Assembly (NCBI RefSeq): GCF_963853765.1
Contig: NC_088855.1
Location: 48,484,001 to 48,548,000 of the forward strand
Source: Magallana gigas
Taxonomy: Eukaryota
Length of the DNA stretch: 64,000 nucleotides
Reading direction: 5' to 3'
Below, piece after piece: positions 61,101-64,000 of this stretch (positions within the stretch are counted from its first letter, which is position 1; each line of letters starts with the position of its first letter). A program made the position numbers and the translations under genes. The notes under the pieces are model-generated. The model made no database searches. It saw only the letters and a list, made by a program, of their open reading frames with translations, and was not told the origin of the DNA.

Positions 61101-64000
61101 GTGTTGTGCACCTGTTTAATGGTGAAACTAATTACCTAACAGATCACCTTGTGTAGTTCTGGGTAACAGAGGTAATGGTGTTTTTTAGTTAAATTAGGTG
61201 TCCGTGGTGATCTGGAATAATCAGGTGGTGCTTCTCACACCTGTTTGTTTTTTTGCAATAAACTGCATCATAAACCACATGACTAGTGGAGGAAAAGTTA
61301 TCAGTAGTGACGACTCAAGTTAAAAAAACTGAGGGCACCATGACTTCTGTTGTTGAAATAAAGTTGAATTCAGGGTGCATGGCTTTTGCAGATTGTCGTT
61401 TATGGCACAAGCAACAAGGATTAAAGGTTTATGAAATAAATCTTCCTAAAGCCAACCTCTATTGAGACAAACTGTCGTTTTACCTAACTATTGACCATAA
61501 ATAACATCATTCATCCTGCTTCCTTAGAAATAGTGCACAAAAAAAGATCAGGCCCCGAAGATTTGAGTCCTTCTGGTTGATTAGTCCCATCATTGTTCGG
61601 ACCCTCTCATCAGTGGGGGATATGTTCGGGGTAAGGTTCTGCGGGATCGGATTTTCTGTCTGACCAGGCTGCATTCATGAGGTGTTTTGTATGTTGTTAG
61701 ACCCCATGTTTGTCAGCTTGTTTGATGACTGTTCATATAATAATACAGCATGTCTGCCTATCAGCATAAAATGAAGTGAAGCATACATGGATAAAAACAG
61801 CATCAATGCTGAATGATTCTTACTTTAACTTGAATAGATATATCAGCATTCCAGCATTAGAAAATCAAGAGAGTAGGAATCAGGGTTAATAATTGACAAA
61901 GTAACGATATATGCTAAATAGTGCTAAATAGTGCTAAAAAGTAGATACAAGTAATTATAATTTGTACATGGATTTAAAGGTAAGAAAAACTGGAGTCACT
62001 GGTTGTTCTCCAATTCCAGCTGTTGCCATGATATGAATGGAGTGTGACTAGCGAGGAGTACTTGAGAGCATTAAGTAACTGTGTTTAATTGAGTCAATCA
62101 AGTCGGTTTGTACATGGACTGATCAGTCCTTTGTATACAAGTACTAGGTTATGATAATATTTGCTCAGGTCGTGTAAAAACAGCAGGCTCTGCTCGGGTT
62201 GTTGTTGGCAAAATCACAGGTTTCCTTTGAACTGTTCTGATTAATCCTTTTGTCTCCTTACCTAAACACACCTGTCTGTATTGGGGGTTATCTTAATGTC
62301 TTCTGTCGTGAACCCACTGTAACACAGGGTTATGCAGAAACGTGTCAAACTAGTACGCCCCTCAAAACAAAGCTCCCAAATTTTCCCTCCCTTGAATTGT
62401 TCCATCAGACTGTTCTATTTCTGTGTTTGCTTTCCTCTCATACACGCATCTTGAGACATTTTTAAGTAGAATAATGATGTATTATTGTCTGGCTTCTCTC
62501 CATTCCTTTTTTTTAAATTGGACATATCTGCACATCTGGATTAAGAATGATTCATTGCAGGAAAACTTAATGCATTTAACCTTGCAGTTGACCAGAAAAT
62601 CACTACCATTTTCTTCTTTCAGTCCTCTTTCAAAGGAGGGTATTGAGCATGACAAATCTAGCATAATGATAGCTAATCATGCCAGTGTGCCAGAATGGAA
62701 TTTCTCTGACCCCTACTTTAAAGTCAATCAGCTGTTAATTGTTTGAAAGCATGGGGTGGGAAAGCCAAGGGAAGGATAACTTAGCTGAAACAGGAGAGAA
62801 GCCTCAGATAAAAATGTTACCTTTGAAAAAAGGTTTGTTGATTGACAGATTCCCAGGAATGTTAAAAGCTAAAAGTAAAAATATAGAAATGTAGACATTT
62901 TCCAACATGTTTTATAAACTCTGAACATCCCCCCAAAAGAAAAAAAATCAAATCCATAGATATTCAAAATAACTGTCTGACTTTGAGAGATGGTTCAGGG
63001 TATATCTTTGTATTTTTCTAGACGAATTGAAATGAAATGAATTGCTTCTCAGTTTTCGTCTCCAATGTGCAATAATCTGTCACCTACTGGGCACATTCTT
63101 TTTTTCTTTGTAACTTGAGAATAACTTTTTGAATTGGAGTGAATTGCTGGCCATCTCAATGTTGGTGGTTAGATAATTGGCTTTCCCACAAACCTGCATT
63201 TTAAATGATATGCAGATATTTCAAAAATCAATGTATTGAGTCAAGATTCAGTAAATTTAAAATTGAAAGAGTTCAAAAGTTATAAAAAAAAAGAGACTCC
63301 TGACTAGGTTCAGGGTTTGCTATGGTGCCATAGTTTGGAACGAATACTCGTTAAACAACGTATTGTATTGTTTAGCCAGTTTAACTTAGTTGAAAACTGT
63401 AATGTCATATATAAGTTACAAGAAGTTCTTACTTCATTGAGTTGAAAATGTGAAGAGTTACTTCCCATTTTTAGGATTTTTCTAAAGACTCTTGCTGCAA
63501 TGGAAAGCCTAATATCTAATTATAAATTGTGAAATATTGAGAGAAGAATGTTAAACAAGGAATTTTGATTCCAATAGTAATGCAATAAAGTTGAAAATGT
63601 AGATACTTGTGCTCCTTGATTAGGATTTTCTTCCTTGAGCCAAAAGCCTCTTGCAGCAGTGTAAAACATGTTATCACCTCTGTTGTGTAAACACAGTGTA
63701 GGCCTTATCATGAAGGATTAACACCTCTATAGACTGTCAGTAGCAACTTTCATCAGGCGGTGGGAATTCTGCAAGTAAAAATTCCCAGACCTAAAAGTCA
63801 CTGATAAAAAGACAAGGAAATAAAATCCAAAAGTCCTCAGCCCTTCGTGAGCCCTTTGTTAGCCCTTGATGATCCTGCCGTACTGTCTCTGTCCTCTGAG
63901 ATTACGCTGTCCTCCAAGATTGTGGTCCACATTTAAAGGGTCTATGCTTCGTCAGATACAACACCTGTTTGGGTTATGTACCACAGTATAATGATTAGTT

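Overview
AT-rich, intron-dense animal genomic DNA, most likely an oyster (Crassostrea/Magallana gigas or a close relative), judged from a 166-bp HindIII/Cg170-type satellite inside a Helentron-type element and from TTAA-flanked Kolobok-like elements. I reconstructed seven spliced genes by hand from splice sites and frame continuity. These are VIRMA/virilizer (-, 23 exons in the window, continuing past position 1), an SLC16 monocarboxylate transporter (+), malectin (-), RPLP2 (-), MED21 (+), clathrin heavy chain (+, 30 coding exons, 1680 aa) and the first coding exon of an SBSPON-like gene (+). Introns and intergenic DNA carry many non-autonomous DNA transposons. The strongest leads are: (1) an in-frame 18-nt candidate microexon (TGAEGG) in the clathrin N-terminal beta-propeller; (2) two duplicated clathrin splice acceptors that each lead straight to an in-frame TAA, one of which would remove the QLMLT uncoating motif; (3) two alternative 52-bp first coding exons in the SLC16 gene; (4) a very recent hairpin-bearing element that has inserted as a tandem dimer into an inverted copy of itself; (5) TTAA-flanked elements carrying tRNA-like A/B-box modules; and (6) a 1-kb VIRMA exon encoding an RS-rich domain. 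All calls come from reading the sequence; no searches or expression data were available.
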